Counted from the first letter of the stretch, positions 17,144 through 26,675 are shown. The stretch: 37,647 bases of DNA from Candidatus Levybacteria bacterium RIFCSPLOWO2_01_FULL_39_10 (GCA_001782515.1 MFOV01000008.1:1-37647), one strand, 5' to 3'. Notes: a model not told the origin generated them from the sequence alone. Numbers and translations: made by a program.

Positions 17144-17186
17144 GGTCGCATTGCTCCAATTTCTAATTACTAATTTCTAAATACTA

Positions 17187-17300
17187 AGACGCGGGAAGCT
17201 ATAAAATTTTCGCAACGTACGTCAGCGACGAAGAGTTTATGGATAAACAAAATTTATTCGCGCAGGCAGTAAGAAAATTTTAAAGCGACCTTAAGCGTCT
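17187..17300. repeat. ~115-bp structured dispersed repeat (family D) copy 1
   Basis: Core CGTACGTCAGCGACGAAGAGTTTATGGA...TTTATTCGCGCAGGCAGTAAGAAAATTTT shared with 18334-18448; closed by AGACGC/GCGTCT. Confidence 0.9.
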
Positions 17301-17691
17301 ATTCTTCATGGTGCAGTCCGAGTAAATGGCCCATGCCATGAACAATCAGCTGATCAATCTTGTCATCCACCAGCATCTCGTCTCTTGCCGCCTCCTCAAT
17401 TACCTTAGGGTACGATATCACAATATCCCCAAGCCTCAGTTTGTCAGTCGGAGGACGGGAACTTGCGCCGTCTGAAAGCGAAAAAGTGAGAATGTTTCTT
17501 GTTTTATCCTCTCCCTTGTATTTTAGGGAAAGTTCCCTCATTTTCCTGTCTCCGACTACTGCAACTGATACCTCAACCGGTGATTTCACTCCCTCCTTTG
17601 ATAATGTTGAGCCGACTGCTGATCTTATTCTTTTTCTGTTAACTTTATAACGGGACTCCACAAAAATCAGAACATTAATACTGTTTTCCAT
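17299..17691 (-). CDS. ybeY: rRNA maturation RNase YbeY
   Basis: LGDIVIS and HGMGHLLGLHH (H3xH5xH) motifs. Confidence 0.93.
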   Translation of the reverse strand: MENSINVLIFVESRYKVNRKRIRSAVGSTLSKEGVKSPVEVSVAVVGDRKMRELSLKYKGEDKTRNILTFSLSDGASSRPPTDKLRLGDIVISYPKVIEEAARDEMLVDDKIDQLIVHGMGHLLGLHHEE

Positions 17692-17694
17692 ATA

Positions 17695-17877
17695 TTAAAA
17701 ACTTGCTCTTTTGACGCGTCTTGCCTCCTCTGCTTTTGCTTTTCTGGCAAGAGAGGGCTTAAGGTAAAATTCTCGCCTTTTTGCTTCCTGAATAATTCCC
17801 TCATTTATTACTTTTTTTGTAAATTTGCGAATAAGCGAATCATCACTGTCTCCGGGCATTTTTTTAACAACTACCAT
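17695..17877 (-). CDS. rpsU: 30S ribosomal protein S21
   Basis: LIRKF.KKV..EGII.EAKRREFYLKPS..RK pattern. Confidence 0.92.
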   Translation of the reverse strand: MVVVKKMPGDSDDSLIRKFTKKVINEGIIQEAKRREFYLKPSLARKAKAEEARRVKRASF

Positions 17878-17893
17878 AATTTAGAAAACACCT

Positions 17894-17960
17894 CCCCCTG
17901 TTGGATAATCTTCGATATCCAACGGGGTCACGTTGGATGCATTAGCTATCCAACAGTGAC
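17894..17960. repeat. Double-hairpin REP-like element (family C)
   Basis: Differs from 15698-15764 only at a few loop positions; abuts the rpsU SD. Confidence 0.92.
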
Positions 17961-17973
17961 CAATTTTTTTACT

Positions 17974-18294
17974 TTATATTTCATGTTTACTCCATGGCCC
18001 CATTAAATGAATATGCAAGTGGCTTATGATTTGTGCTCCCCCGCCATTTATTCCAATCCTGTAACCTTTTTTCTCAAGACCAGTCTCTTTTATCATTTTT
18101 TTCAAAATTTTTGTCATTTTTGCAAGCGAGTCTTCATCAACATCTAAAAAATCCCGGATGTGTTTTTTTGAGACTATCAAAAGATGCGTTGGTCTTATGG
18201 GATTAATATCCGGAAAAACCATAACGTCTTTATCTTCATAGGTAAACTCTTTTGGAATTTCCCCATCTCTGATTTTACAAAAAATACAATCCAT
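17974..18294 (-). CDS. HIT family (HinT-like) nucleotide-binding protein
   Basis: MDCIFCKI start (ATG 18294), HLHIH triad. Confidence 0.92.
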   Translation of the reverse strand: MDCIFCKIRDGEIPKEFTYEDKDVMVFPDINPIRPTHLLIVSKKHIRDFLDVDEDSLAKMTKILKKMIKETGLEKKGYRIGINGGGAQIISHLHIHLMGPWSKHEI

Positions 18295-18333
18295 ATTTGG
18301 CAATTAGCTACTAGCATCTAGCTTCTAGCATTT

Positions 18334-18448
18334 AGTGCAGGGAGCTTGTGAAATTTTCGAAGCGTACGTCAGCGACGAAGAGTTTATGGACAGACTAAAC
18401 TTTATTCGCGCAGGCAGTAAGAAAATTTTATAAGCGACCTTGAGCACT
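18334..18448. repeat. ~115-bp structured dispersed repeat (family D) copy 2
   Basis: Homologous to 17187-17300; closed by AGTGC/GCACT. Confidence 0.9.
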
Positions 18449-18450
18449 TG

Positions 18451-19332
18451 CTACTTCTTAAGCACTGCTATTATATCATCAAGCTTCAGCTTTGTTGGCC
18501 TCATTGTTGGATTCTTAGTCGTTCCGTTGAGAAGCATTTTACGACTAACATGTAAAAACCACGTTGCCTCAGGATCCATTTTTTTAAGCTGCTCGTATGT
18601 TTGTGTAAGGTCTGTGTCTGATTTTGGATTTGCTTTAATCCTTACATACCCTTTTCTCGGATCGCGTCTTACAACAACTGAGGCCCCCATCATTTGTCCT
18701 AGTTTTATTACGTCGTCATTCACTGTTTCAACACCAAGACCCTCCCCCCATTTACTTTCAAATTTAATACCTATTTCCTTTATTTCCTTTTCAGCCCAAA
18801 TTCTATTTTCAAACTCATGAACAAGTGCATCAAGCGCCTGGAAAATAAAATCCGTGTAAAATTGGTCAGAGTCTGGTTTTTGAAGCTTCAGCCCGTCTAA
18901 AATATTAACTAGAGAAAAGTCATGATAATAAGCGAGGGGATCTGGTCTATACAACTCCTTGAAATGATCAATGTCAACTACCACTCCGACAATTCTTCTG
19001 ACAGCTTCAAGTTTTTCATCTTTTAATTCTTTTTTATTGTGGATTAATGCAAAATCCAGCGCTCTTGTTGCACCGCAAACATTCTCGTCCGGTGTTTGGT
19101 GGTGGTCTAAGGGTCCCATTCCGGTGTCAACGTGGATTACCTCATCTTCTCCGTACATCTCAATTGTGTTTTCAAAATCCGAATCAGGCACCGCCTTTTT
19201 ATCTTTATAACGGTTGCCCGCGGGAACGAATTTTATTTCAGCCTCATCCCAGCCTGGTAAAAACCGCTTTAATATCCAAGCGGATGAGATTGCGTCGATA
19301 TCCGGCAGTGAATGAGTTACAATAATTTTCAT
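18451..19332 (-). CDS. DHH-superfamily (MYG1-like) phosphoesterase
   Basis: IVTH..PDIDA, VIHVDTG, LDHHQ motifs. Confidence 0.75.
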   Translation of the reverse strand: MKIIVTHSLPDIDAISSAWILKRFLPGWDEAEIKFVPAGNRYKDKKAVPDSDFENTIEMYGEDEVIHVDTGMGPLDHHQTPDENVCGATRALDFALIHNKKELKDEKLEAVRRIVGVVVDIDHFKELYRPDPLAYYHDFSLVNILDGLKLQKPDSDQFYTDFIFQALDALVHEFENRIWAEKEIKEIGIKFESKWGEGLGVETVNDDVIKLGQMMGASVVVRRDPRKGYVRIKANPKSDTDLTQTYEQLKKMDPEATWFLHVSRKMLLNGTTKNPTMRPTKLKLDDIIAVLKK

Positions 19333-19422
19333 AGATAGAATAGATAGACTAGTATACTTGTTTTTCCGAAAGATTTAAAGTTTTTCCCTTGACAAGGAAT
19401 TAAATTAATATAAACTAAGGGT

Positions 19423-19908
19423 ATGGATCCAAAACTGTCCGGGCTTGATCCCAAGCTTCAGGATGCGTATAACCGTGTTATGAGCGGTCCAACTGCTCAG
19501 ACAACAACAACTCCCCCAGGCGCTCAAACAGAGGCAGTAACTGCACCAGCAGGAACAACTCCTGCGCCAGCTGTTGGACCTTCGCCGATGTCAGTAAATC
19601 CTCAACCAAATACAACACTGGGCTACACAGGATTTGACACATCATCAAGCCCTGCTCAGTCGTACTCAAGTGCTGCATCCTACGCAACACCATCGGTTGC
19701 CCCTCCATCTTCGATGGGCTCATCAACTGTTTCATTTAATGCAGGAGGCTCTACATCATCCCAGCCCCAGGGAACGACAGCTGTAAAGAAAAAAGGGTCA
19801 GGACTTATGCCTGTTCTTGTCGGAATACTTATTATTTTTCTTCTGGCAGGATATACCTTTGTGTGGATTTATATTTTTGGAGTCGAGCTACCCTTCATTA
19901 ATTTTTGA
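19423..19908 (+). CDS. Pro/Ser/Thr-rich protein with C-terminal TM anchor
   Basis: TTGACA (19389) + TAAACT (19411) promoter; KKKG followed by a hydrophobic helix. Confidence 0.8.
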   Translation: MDPKLSGLDPKLQDAYNRVMSGPTAQTTTTPPGAQTEAVTAPAGTTPAPAVGPSPMSVNPQPNTTLGYTGFDTSSSPAQSYSSAASYATPSVAPPSSMGSSTVSFNAGGSTSSQPQGTTAVKKKGSGLMPVLVGILIIFLLAGYTFVWIYIFGVELPFINF

Positions 19909-21156
19909 AATAACTTGAGAAGCTTCCAATAGCTCTTCTTTTCCTTCTTCTCTTTTTTTTAGCTCGATTTTATCTCCTGACTTTTCCGAAACCACCAGCC
20001 TATATGGAAATCCCAAAAGATCTGCATTTGCAAATTTTTCTCCTGCAGATGTGTCTCTATCATCCCAAAGAACCTCAATGTTGTTTTCGTTCAGCGTTTC
20101 ATAAACTTTCTGTGCTTCTGTGTTTATAGACTTCCCATCCAAACTGATTAAGTAAACCTGAAAAGGTGCGACGCTTTTTGGCCAAATTATGCCGCGCTCA
20201 TCATGGAACACTTCAACAAGTGCGCCTATCACTCTTGTTGGACCGATTCCATAGCTTGCAAACCAAATAGGTTTTTGCTCTCCCCCCTCATCTGTATAAA
20301 AAACTTTCTGGGCTTCAGAATATTTTGTTCCTAGAGGAAAAATATTTCCGACCTCTATTGCTCTTGCTGACTTTATCAAACACCCATCGCTACACCCCGG
20401 ACATTTATTGTCAGGTAAACCTTTATATATTTCTTTATTTTGCGCAAACTTGCACTCGCATTTGTCTTTGCGGTCACAGAATAAAATCTCATCCTCACCC
20501 ACATCTGACACTATCTGAAACTCGTGACTTTTTTTGTCCGTAAACACTCCGCCTGCTGCTTCAACCACTTTAACTTCAGGAAATCCAATTCGCTTAAAAA
20601 CTCTTATATATGCATCTTTTATTTTATTGTAATAATCCGCCATATCCGCCTCTGTTGCGTGTGCAGAATACAAATCTTTCATAAAAAATTCACGGGTTCG
20701 CAAAATTCCGGACTTAGCTCTCGGTTCATTTCTGAATTTAGTTGAGAAGTGATAGACAGCAACAGGAAGATCTTTATAGGACTTAACAAATTTGGATAGA
20801 AGATTCATTACAATTTCCTCGTGAGTAAATGAAAGCCCATACTCTCTCCTGTGCACGTCTTTGAACTGGTACATTATTTTTTGGACCTCAGGGTCAGACC
20901 ATCGGCCTGTCTGATCCCAGATTTCTCGAGGATGCAAAAGAGGCATAAGAAGTTCTTGTGCGCCCTCTGCATTTAATTCTTCTCTTATTATATTTTTTAT
21001 ATTTTCAACTACCCGAAACCCAAGCGGAAGAAGTGTGTAGCTTCCTGCCATAAGCTGATCAATAAATCCACCTTTTGTAAGAAGTATTGCATTTGTTGAT
21101 AAATCCTCTTTAAATTCCTGCTTCCTTGCCTTGGGAAAAAATGTGCTGTACCTCAT
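19888..21156 (-). CDS. proS: Proline--tRNA ligase (no INS editing domain)
   Basis: THEE, KFRNEPR..GILRTREF.MKD.YS, IEVGNIF.LGTKYS, YGIG..R. Confidence 0.96.
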   Translation of the reverse strand: MRYSTFFPKARKQEFKEDLSTNAILLTKGGFIDQLMAGSYTLLPLGFRVVENIKNIIREELNAEGAQELLMPLLHPREIWDQTGRWSDPEVQKIMYQFKDVHRREYGLSFTHEEIVMNLLSKFVKSYKDLPVAVYHFSTKFRNEPRAKSGILRTREFFMKDLYSAHATEADMADYYNKIKDAYIRVFKRIGFPEVKVVEAAGGVFTDKKSHEFQIVSDVGEDEILFCDRKDKCECKFAQNKEIYKGLPDNKCPGCSDGCLIKSARAIEVGNIFPLGTKYSEAQKVFYTDEGGEQKPIWFASYGIGPTRVIGALVEVFHDERGIIWPKSVAPFQVYLISLDGKSINTEAQKVYETLNENNIEVLWDDRDTSAGEKFANADLLGFPYRLVVSEKSGDKIELKKREEGKEELLEASQVISKINEG

Positions 21157-21300
21157 TTATAAATATGAACTAAACGCTAATAGCTAGCCTGCCCGTAAAG
21201 CCTTGCTTGCATGGCGGGCGGGTGGCTAATTGCTAAATTCGAGTATAGCATAATTTGAAATTTAGGAGTATAATTCCATATTTGTTATGACTCCCAATTC

Positions 21301-21329
21301 ACACCCTCCGGGTGATCTAGGTTCACACC
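21301..21329. repeat. Short repeat (family E) copy 1
   Basis: ACACCCTCCGGGTG-ATC-TAGGTTCACACC, also at 31820-31849; includes the gnd stop codon. Confidence 0.75.
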
Positions 21330-22246
21330 TTTTCTTTTTTTACCTCGTGGCCGCCGAATTCCCGACGAAGTGCAGAGACAAGTTTTGCGGTTGTTGAGTT
21401 TCTGATTTTTTCGTCTGTTTTGGACCGCTTTCGAAAATTTAGTGCTTGTTGGATGTTTTCAACCATTACTCCCTCTTCTTCTGCTGTCTTGACAGTCCAA
21501 TCGCCTTCGCCTGACGCATCAATCTCTCCTATCAAACTTTGATAATCGCCGCGATCCAGAGCATCGCGCATTCTGTCCAGCAAGAATCCAGAAACAATTG
21601 TTCCTTTTTGGAAAATACCTGCAATTTTAGGAAGATCAAACTTGTAATCTGATTTTTCCAATACCTCAAACCCCTCGGATAAACTCTGCATGAGCCCATA
21701 CTCAATACCGTTATGAACCATTTTTATAAAATGCCCTGCACCGCCCTGTCCAAAATATTCATGGCCCCCGTTAGGTTTTGACAGAGAATCTAAAACCGGA
21801 ATTATGTGTTCGTACGCGGATTTCGATCCTCCCACCATAAAAGGATATCCGTTTTTTGATGCAAGAATTCCGCCAGACGTTCCGATGCCTAAATATCGAA
21901 CGCCTATTTTTTCGAATTTCTCATATCGTCTTTCGGTATCGCGATAATTTGAATTTCCTCCGTCAATTATGATGTCGTCTTTTTCTACATACTTTCGAAT
22001 TTCTGTTAAAACTTCATCAACCGCAGTATGCGTCACCATAATCCAAATGATTCTGGGCTTATCCAAACCTTGAACCAGTTGTTTAAGCGATTCACAAACT
22101 TTTAACTTTTCACTTTTAACTTTTAACTTAAGCTCCTCCGAAGAAGCTCTTGACCTATTCCAAACATGAACTTCAAACCTGTCTTTTAAAAGTTTTGGAA
22201 CCATCCCCGATCCTATTTTCCCAAGCCCCACAAATCCTATTTGCAT
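21323..22246 (-). CDS. gnd: 6-phosphogluconate dehydrogenase (decarboxylating, short type)
   Basis: GLGKIG, IDGGNS, SGG, GAGHFIKMVHNGIEYG, SGEG.WT, ALRREFGGH. Confidence 0.95.
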   Translation of the reverse strand: MQIGFVGLGKIGSGMVPKLLKDRFEVHVWNRSRASSEELKLKVKSEKLKVCESLKQLVQGLDKPRIIWIMVTHTAVDEVLTEIRKYVEKDDIIIDGGNSNYRDTERRYEKFEKIGVRYLGIGTSGGILASKNGYPFMVGGSKSAYEHIIPVLDSLSKPNGGHEYFGQGGAGHFIKMVHNGIEYGLMQSLSEGFEVLEKSDYKFDLPKIAGIFQKGTIVSGFLLDRMRDALDRGDYQSLIGEIDASGEGDWTVKTAEEEGVMVENIQQALNFRKRSKTDEKIRNSTTAKLVSALRREFGGHEVKKEKV

Positions 22247-22304
22247 AATAACTTAGTCTACCAACTTTATTGTTGTTTTAAAAGTGAAATGTTAAACTAA
22301 GGCT

Positions 22305-22982
22305 ATGAAATTTAATCTAGATGATGCTGTTGAAAAAATAAAAAATAATAAAGACTTTCTAAAACTTAAGAAAATTATCGAAAATAACGCAGGCCATGAT
22401 CATGAACCAGTGTATGATCACAGTATAAAAACGTTTGAGATAGCAAATCGGTTAGTAAAAGGTGACTTTATTTTAAATGCTGAAGCGAAAAATATGTTTG
22501 AAAGTTATATAAGACAAGAGGTTGGGGGGATAAAGAAATTAGATTTATTTAAATTCACCGCGCTAATCCACGATATTGGGAAAGTTATCGTTTTCGATGA
22601 TGGTGGAAAGAAAAGAAGTTTGAATATAACTTCTTCTGATGGAATAACATCATCCCCACAACACGGATATTGGGGTTCAAGAATAGTTAAGAACATAACA
22701 AAAGAAGTAGGTTTACCATACGAGGTTATTTCCTATATTGAAAACGTAATTAGACTTCATCTTGCAACAATCGAACATTGGGAAACGGAACATAATATGA
22801 GTGTGGACGAAATTATTTGGGACTCTAAAATAAAATTAGAAAATCTGCACGTTGATGTGCTTTTCAATTTATATTCTGATCTTTATTCTCAGTCTCGTTT
22901 CAAGCCAAAAGAAAAGATTATGATTGAAATCTTTAATAATCCAAATTTTTATAATCCCTTGAAATATTCAATTACTGATTAG
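22305..22982 (+). CDS. HD-domain protein
   Basis: H...VYDHS, ALIHDIGK, HGYWG, RLHL motifs. Confidence 0.8.
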   Translation: MKFNLDDAVEKIKNNKDFLKLKKIIENNAGHDHEPVYDHSIKTFEIANRLVKGDFILNAEAKNMFESYIRQEVGGIKKLDLFKFTALIHDIGKVIVFDDGGKKRSLNITSSDGITSSPQHGYWGSRIVKNITKEVGLPYEVISYIENVIRLHLATIEHWETEHNMSVDEIIWDSKIKLENLHVDVLFNLYSDLYSQSRFKPKEKIMIEIFNNPNFYNPLKYSITD

Positions 22983-23305
22983 ACAACCTCCGCGCCGGTT
23001 TCTACCTCTGAAGTTGGTTCAAGAAGAACTGTTTTGTCCTCGACATCAATTGCCAAGATCATTCCCTGTGATTCCTCGCCTCTTATTTTTCTATATTCCA
23101 AATTTACAACAAAAGGAAAAGTTCTTCCAATTAAATCTTCGGGAGAAAAACTCTCGGCAATTCCTGATATGATTTGGCGTTTAAAATCACCAAAATCAAC
23201 CTGGAGTTTTAGGAGCTTATCGGCTCCGTCGACCCTCTCGCACTCAAGAACCTTCCCCATCCTGATTTCTACCTGTTTGAATTGTTCAAAGGTAACTTTG
23301 CTCAT
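22979..23305 (-). CDS. tRNA-binding OB-fold protein (MetRS C-terminal/Trbp111/CsaA-like)
   Basis: ADKLLKLQVD.G...RQIISGI...VNL..RKIRG.ESQGMILA. Confidence 0.9.
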   Translation of the reverse strand: MSKVTFEQFKQVEIRMGKVLECERVDGADKLLKLQVDFGDFKRQIISGIAESFSPEDLIGRTFPFVVNLEYRKIRGEESQGMILAIDVEDKTVLLEPTSEVETGAEVV

Positions 23306-23342
23306 AAAACTCTAAATTCTAATATCTAAATCCTAAATAAAT

Positions 23343-23704
23343 TCAAATTTTCGAATTCTCCAAAATCTTACCAAATATTTTTCTTAATTGTACGACTTCA
23401 TCTAAAAGTTCTCGTTTTGCGTCATTAAGGCCATTGCTTACATCAATCAAGTTAAGCCAATATTGTGTTTCCTTAGCTTCCTTTCTGCAAATCATAATTC
23501 TCATCAAAAAATCTTTTTTACTTAATGCTTCGTTTGCTTCGACATAATTAGCACCAACTGAACCACTAGATCTTACTAATTGTTTTCCGTCTTCAAAGTT
23601 GGAAACGCTTTTCGGCAGTTTTTTACAAAGTCTCTCGTTTCTTTAGCGAATTTCAAAGTCCTATCTTCTAAATCATATTGTTTTGAATTTTGAGTTTTGA
23701 TCAT
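23343..23704 (-). pseudogene. Four-helix-bundle (23S rRNA IVP-like) protein, frameshifted
   Basis: Hand translation MIKTQNSKQYDLEDRTLKFAKETRDFVK/KLPKSVSNFEDGKQLVRSSGSVGANYVEANEALSKKDF...KEAKETQYWL; one A missing in the A6 run at 23619-23624; flanked by 7-bp periodic repeats. Confidence 0.85.
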
Positions 23705-23735
23705 TATTTAGAATTTAGTGCTTAGTATTTAGGAT

Positions 23736-25184
23736 TTATAGCCATCGGCGATTGTCTTTTTCTATAAGCTCTATTCCCTCTTTTGGTCCCCAACTTTCAC
23801 CTTTATAAACAGGCAAATTTTTATCATTTTGCCATTCTTTTAAGACGCTGTCCAAAAGACTCCAGGAATTTTGAATTTCATCCGATCTTGTAAAAAGTGT
23901 CTGGTCTCCTGAAAAAATATCAAGAAGAACCTTTTCATATGCATCAAGACCAACTGTTCCGAAATCATTCTTGTAATCAAAACGCATTCCAACTGTTCCA
24001 AGACTAAGAGTCGGACCAGGACGCTTGGCAATTACCCGAAGTGAGATTCCCTCGTTTGGTTGAATCCTAAATGTCAGAACATTCCCCACCTCAGGACAGC
24101 CGTATTCTTTAAAAAGGATATGGCAAGTTTGAATAAAAACAACTGAGATTGAAATATCATCTCTTTGCATATTTTTGCCGGCTCTAATATAAAAAGGCAC
24201 CCCGGAAAATCTCTCGGTTTCAACTAAAAGTTTCATTGCAGTATAAGTTTCGGTTTGGGAGGCGGGCATGACATTTGCGTCATTTAAATATCCCTCGTAT
24301 TGTCCTCGAACTGCACGGGAATCAGAAAGTTTTACAGCTCCTGTTACTTTTGCTCTTTCTTCTCTTACATCTTCTTTAGTAAAACTTTTTGGCTGCTCCA
24401 TGACAACAGCAGATATTAGCTGCATAATGTGATTTTGTACGACATCTCGCAATATTCCTACTCCGTCAAAAAAACTTCCGCGGTTTCCTATTCCCTCTTT
24501 TTCTGCCCAGGTAATTTGCACGTGGTCTATAAATTTATTATTCCAGACAGGCTCAAAAATACTGTTAGCAAACCGAAATGCTAAAATATTCTGTACTGTT
24601 TCTTTGCCTAGATAATGATCTACTCTAAATATCTGCTCTTCCGCAAATGAACCTGATAATTTTTCCTCCAATGCTTTTGAGTGCTGGAAGTCTTTTCCAA
24701 AAGGTTTCTCAATTATCACCTTGGTGGGACTGTGGCCTTCGTGTCCGCAACTATCAGAAAGCTTAGTTGAAACCATATTATCTAGGATTTCAGAATAATT
24801 TTTAGGGGGAGTCGCTAAGTAAAAAAACCGAGTTAAACATGTTCCCATTTTCTCATCAATTGAATTTAGTTTTTCTATTAAATCCTGGTATCCTTTTTCT
24901 TCTTCAAAAGTGCCCCTAAGATACATTATGTGTTTGGAAAAACTATCCCATTCTTCTTTTTCTTCAAGCTCTTCGAACGATTTTTTAAATTCGCCTTCCG
25001 AATATTCACGCCTGGAAAATCCTAATATATAAAATTCGTCAGGAAGCATTTTTTTGTTATATAAAGAAAGAAGTCCCGGAATCAGTCTTGTATGAGCAAG
25101 ATCTCCTGTTGCTCCAAAAATAACTAAAACGAAAGGGTTTTTAAGATCGGGAAATACCTTTGGGCCACCATCCATAACAATCAT
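23736..25184 (-). CDS. zwf: Glucose-6-phosphate 1-dehydrogenase
   Basis: GATGDLA, EKPFG, RVDHYLGKE, DVVQNH motifs. Confidence 0.97.
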   Translation of the reverse strand: MIVMDGGPKVFPDLKNPFVLVIFGATGDLAHTRLIPGLLSLYNKKMLPDEFYILGFSRREYSEGEFKKSFEELEEKEEWDSFSKHIMYLRGTFEEEKGYQDLIEKLNSIDEKMGTCLTRFFYLATPPKNYSEILDNMVSTKLSDSCGHEGHSPTKVIIEKPFGKDFQHSKALEEKLSGSFAEEQIFRVDHYLGKETVQNILAFRFANSIFEPVWNNKFIDHVQITWAEKEGIGNRGSFFDGVGILRDVVQNHIMQLISAVVMEQPKSFTKEDVREERAKVTGAVKLSDSRAVRGQYEGYLNDANVMPASQTETYTAMKLLVETERFSGVPFYIRAGKNMQRDDISISVVFIQTCHILFKEYGCPEVGNVLTFRIQPNEGISLRVIAKRPGPTLSLGTVGMRFDYKNDFGTVGLDAYEKVLLDIFSGDQTLFTRSDEIQNSWSLLDSVLKEWQNDKNLPVYKGESWGPKEGIELIEKDNRRWL

Positions 25185-25225
25185 TATATGTACTTGAATA
25201 AATTATTTCAAAGACAAAAAGTGTC

Positions 25226-25254
25226 TTGACAAAAAAATATACCACTAATATACT
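25226..25254 (+). promoter_or_regulatory. sigma70-type promoter
   Basis: TTGACA (25226)-17 nt-TATACT (25249-25254); ATG at 25264. Confidence 0.75.
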
Positions 25255-25263
25255 CTTCAGGAA

Positions 25264-25689
25264 ATGGCAATGGTCGAACAAGAATATTCTCATGCTGTGC
25301 CCCAGGAAACAGTTGAGTCAAGTTTGGATGATCAAATTTTAGGAATTCGAAGTGCTGTACTTGGTTATCTTTCATTTAATGGCGCTGATAATCAATTCAA
25401 CATAGAATACCGAGGAGAAAATGAAAATATTTGGCTTCTTAATATCAGACCAAATGATCCAAGCCAAGATTTTGCACAAATATCATTGGGAGCGCCTGTA
25501 AAAAAAGACGGAAAGCTTTTTGCAGTTATTCATTTTCCGGCTACTCTCAAAAACTCTGGTAAGGATGATTCGGATAATGATTTTGGTCCTATCGCTTTAG
25601 AGGGGCTGGATGCAATTGGGCCAATTAAAAAAGCGCTGTCTCCTATATATGAAGGCCGGCCAAAAATTCGCGTTAATGATCCCGCTTAA
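25264..25689 (+). CDS. Hypothetical protein (141 aa)
   Basis: ORF with own promoter between zwf and pgl; stop overlaps pgl stop (TTAA). Confidence 0.7.
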   Translation: MAMVEQEYSHAVPQETVESSLDDQILGIRSAVLGYLSFNGADNQFNIEYRGENENIWLLNIRPNDPSQDFAQISLGAPVKKDGKLFAVIHFPATLKNSGKDDSDNDFGPIALEGLDAIGPIKKALSPIYEGRPKIRVNDPA

Positions 25690-26471
25690 ATAATCTGGTC
25701 TGTAATGAGGATTGTTTTTTGAGCAACCTCAGGCTTTTTGTAAAACCTTGCTGGAACATTCGATACATCATCTTGCCCTGAGCCTGTCGAAGGATCAAAC
25801 ATTAACTTTAGCGCTTCCCTTTTCTCTCTTCCCAAAACGAGTATTAATATAAGATCAAGAAGAGAAAGTGCATGGAAATTCATGGTAATTCTCTGCCCAT
25901 ATCCTTCAAGTTCGTAAAAATCAACAAAACCGCTCTGATCCTCCATCATTTTTTTTACGATATTTTCAGAGCTTTGAGTTTTTAGCTTTGAGTTTTTAGC
26001 TCGGGCAGGAATGCCCGCCGTGTGTCCATCATCACCAATTCCTAAAATTCCGACACTTTTTGGAAAATACTCAAAAATAAATCTGAGGGCTTCATCATAT
26101 TCTTTTGTGGTCTGTTCGATATTTTTATCTTGGAGAATTGGATAAAAACGTACATTTTTATTTTCAAAATAAGAAAGAAGTCCAGTTGATCTTATCATCA
26201 GCTCGTTACTGTTTCTCTTATCTTTTGTGGAGTACCTCTCATCAATCAGCCCAACTGCACCTGCTTTTAATGTTTTATCTCCCGCTAATTTTTCATAAAG
26301 CCTCTTAGGGGTTGTTCCGCCTGATAAGAAAAGTGCTGTTTTCTGATCTGAATATTTATTAAGAATTTCTGATAATATCTCGTTTGCTTTTTGAAAAGTT
26401 GGCAATTGCACTACAACAATTCCTTCTTTTTCTGTGAATTGATTAAGCCCTAAAAGATGGGACCTTTGCAT
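25686..26471 (-). CDS. pgl: 6-phosphogluconolactonase
   Basis: LSGGTTP, DER, SN, LGIGDDGHTA, RIT motifs; adjacent to zwf. Confidence 0.88.
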   Translation of the reverse strand: MQRSHLLGLNQFTEKEGIVVVQLPTFQKANEILSEILNKYSDQKTALFLSGGTTPKRLYEKLAGDKTLKAGAVGLIDERYSTKDKRNSNELMIRSTGLLSYFENKNVRFYPILQDKNIEQTTKEYDEALRFIFEYFPKSVGILGIGDDGHTAGIPARAKNSKLKTQSSENIVKKMMEDQSGFVDFYELEGYGQRITMNFHALSLLDLILILVLGREKREALKLMFDPSTGSGQDDVSNVPARFYKKPEVAQKTILITDQII

Positions 26472-26675
26472 TTGGAGCTAGTATATCAGATTTTCCGCTA
26501 TTTTAGAGGCTTTTAATCTTTGGATTTGAACCTTAAAGCACAGGAGTTAAAGCAGTATCAGAATCTTCTTTCACCCCTCCTCTGATTTTTGCATTGTCAT
26601 ATTTTGATTATAACAGCATTTTGTAAAGTTATTATTAAATTCTTATCAAGATTAAATTCTTTATATGTCCTATAG

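Noticed and set aside
23343..23704. Diversity-generating retroelement (Avd-like four-helix bundle)
   Set aside because: No reverse transcriptase and no TR/VR pair with adenine-specific mismatches seen; the 4801/7083 paralogs differ by indels and varied substitutions.
26532..26600. 22-codon minus-strand ORF (MTMQKIRGGV...) behind a TATAAT
   Set aside because: Too short with no homology evidence; the promoter could equally serve pgl.
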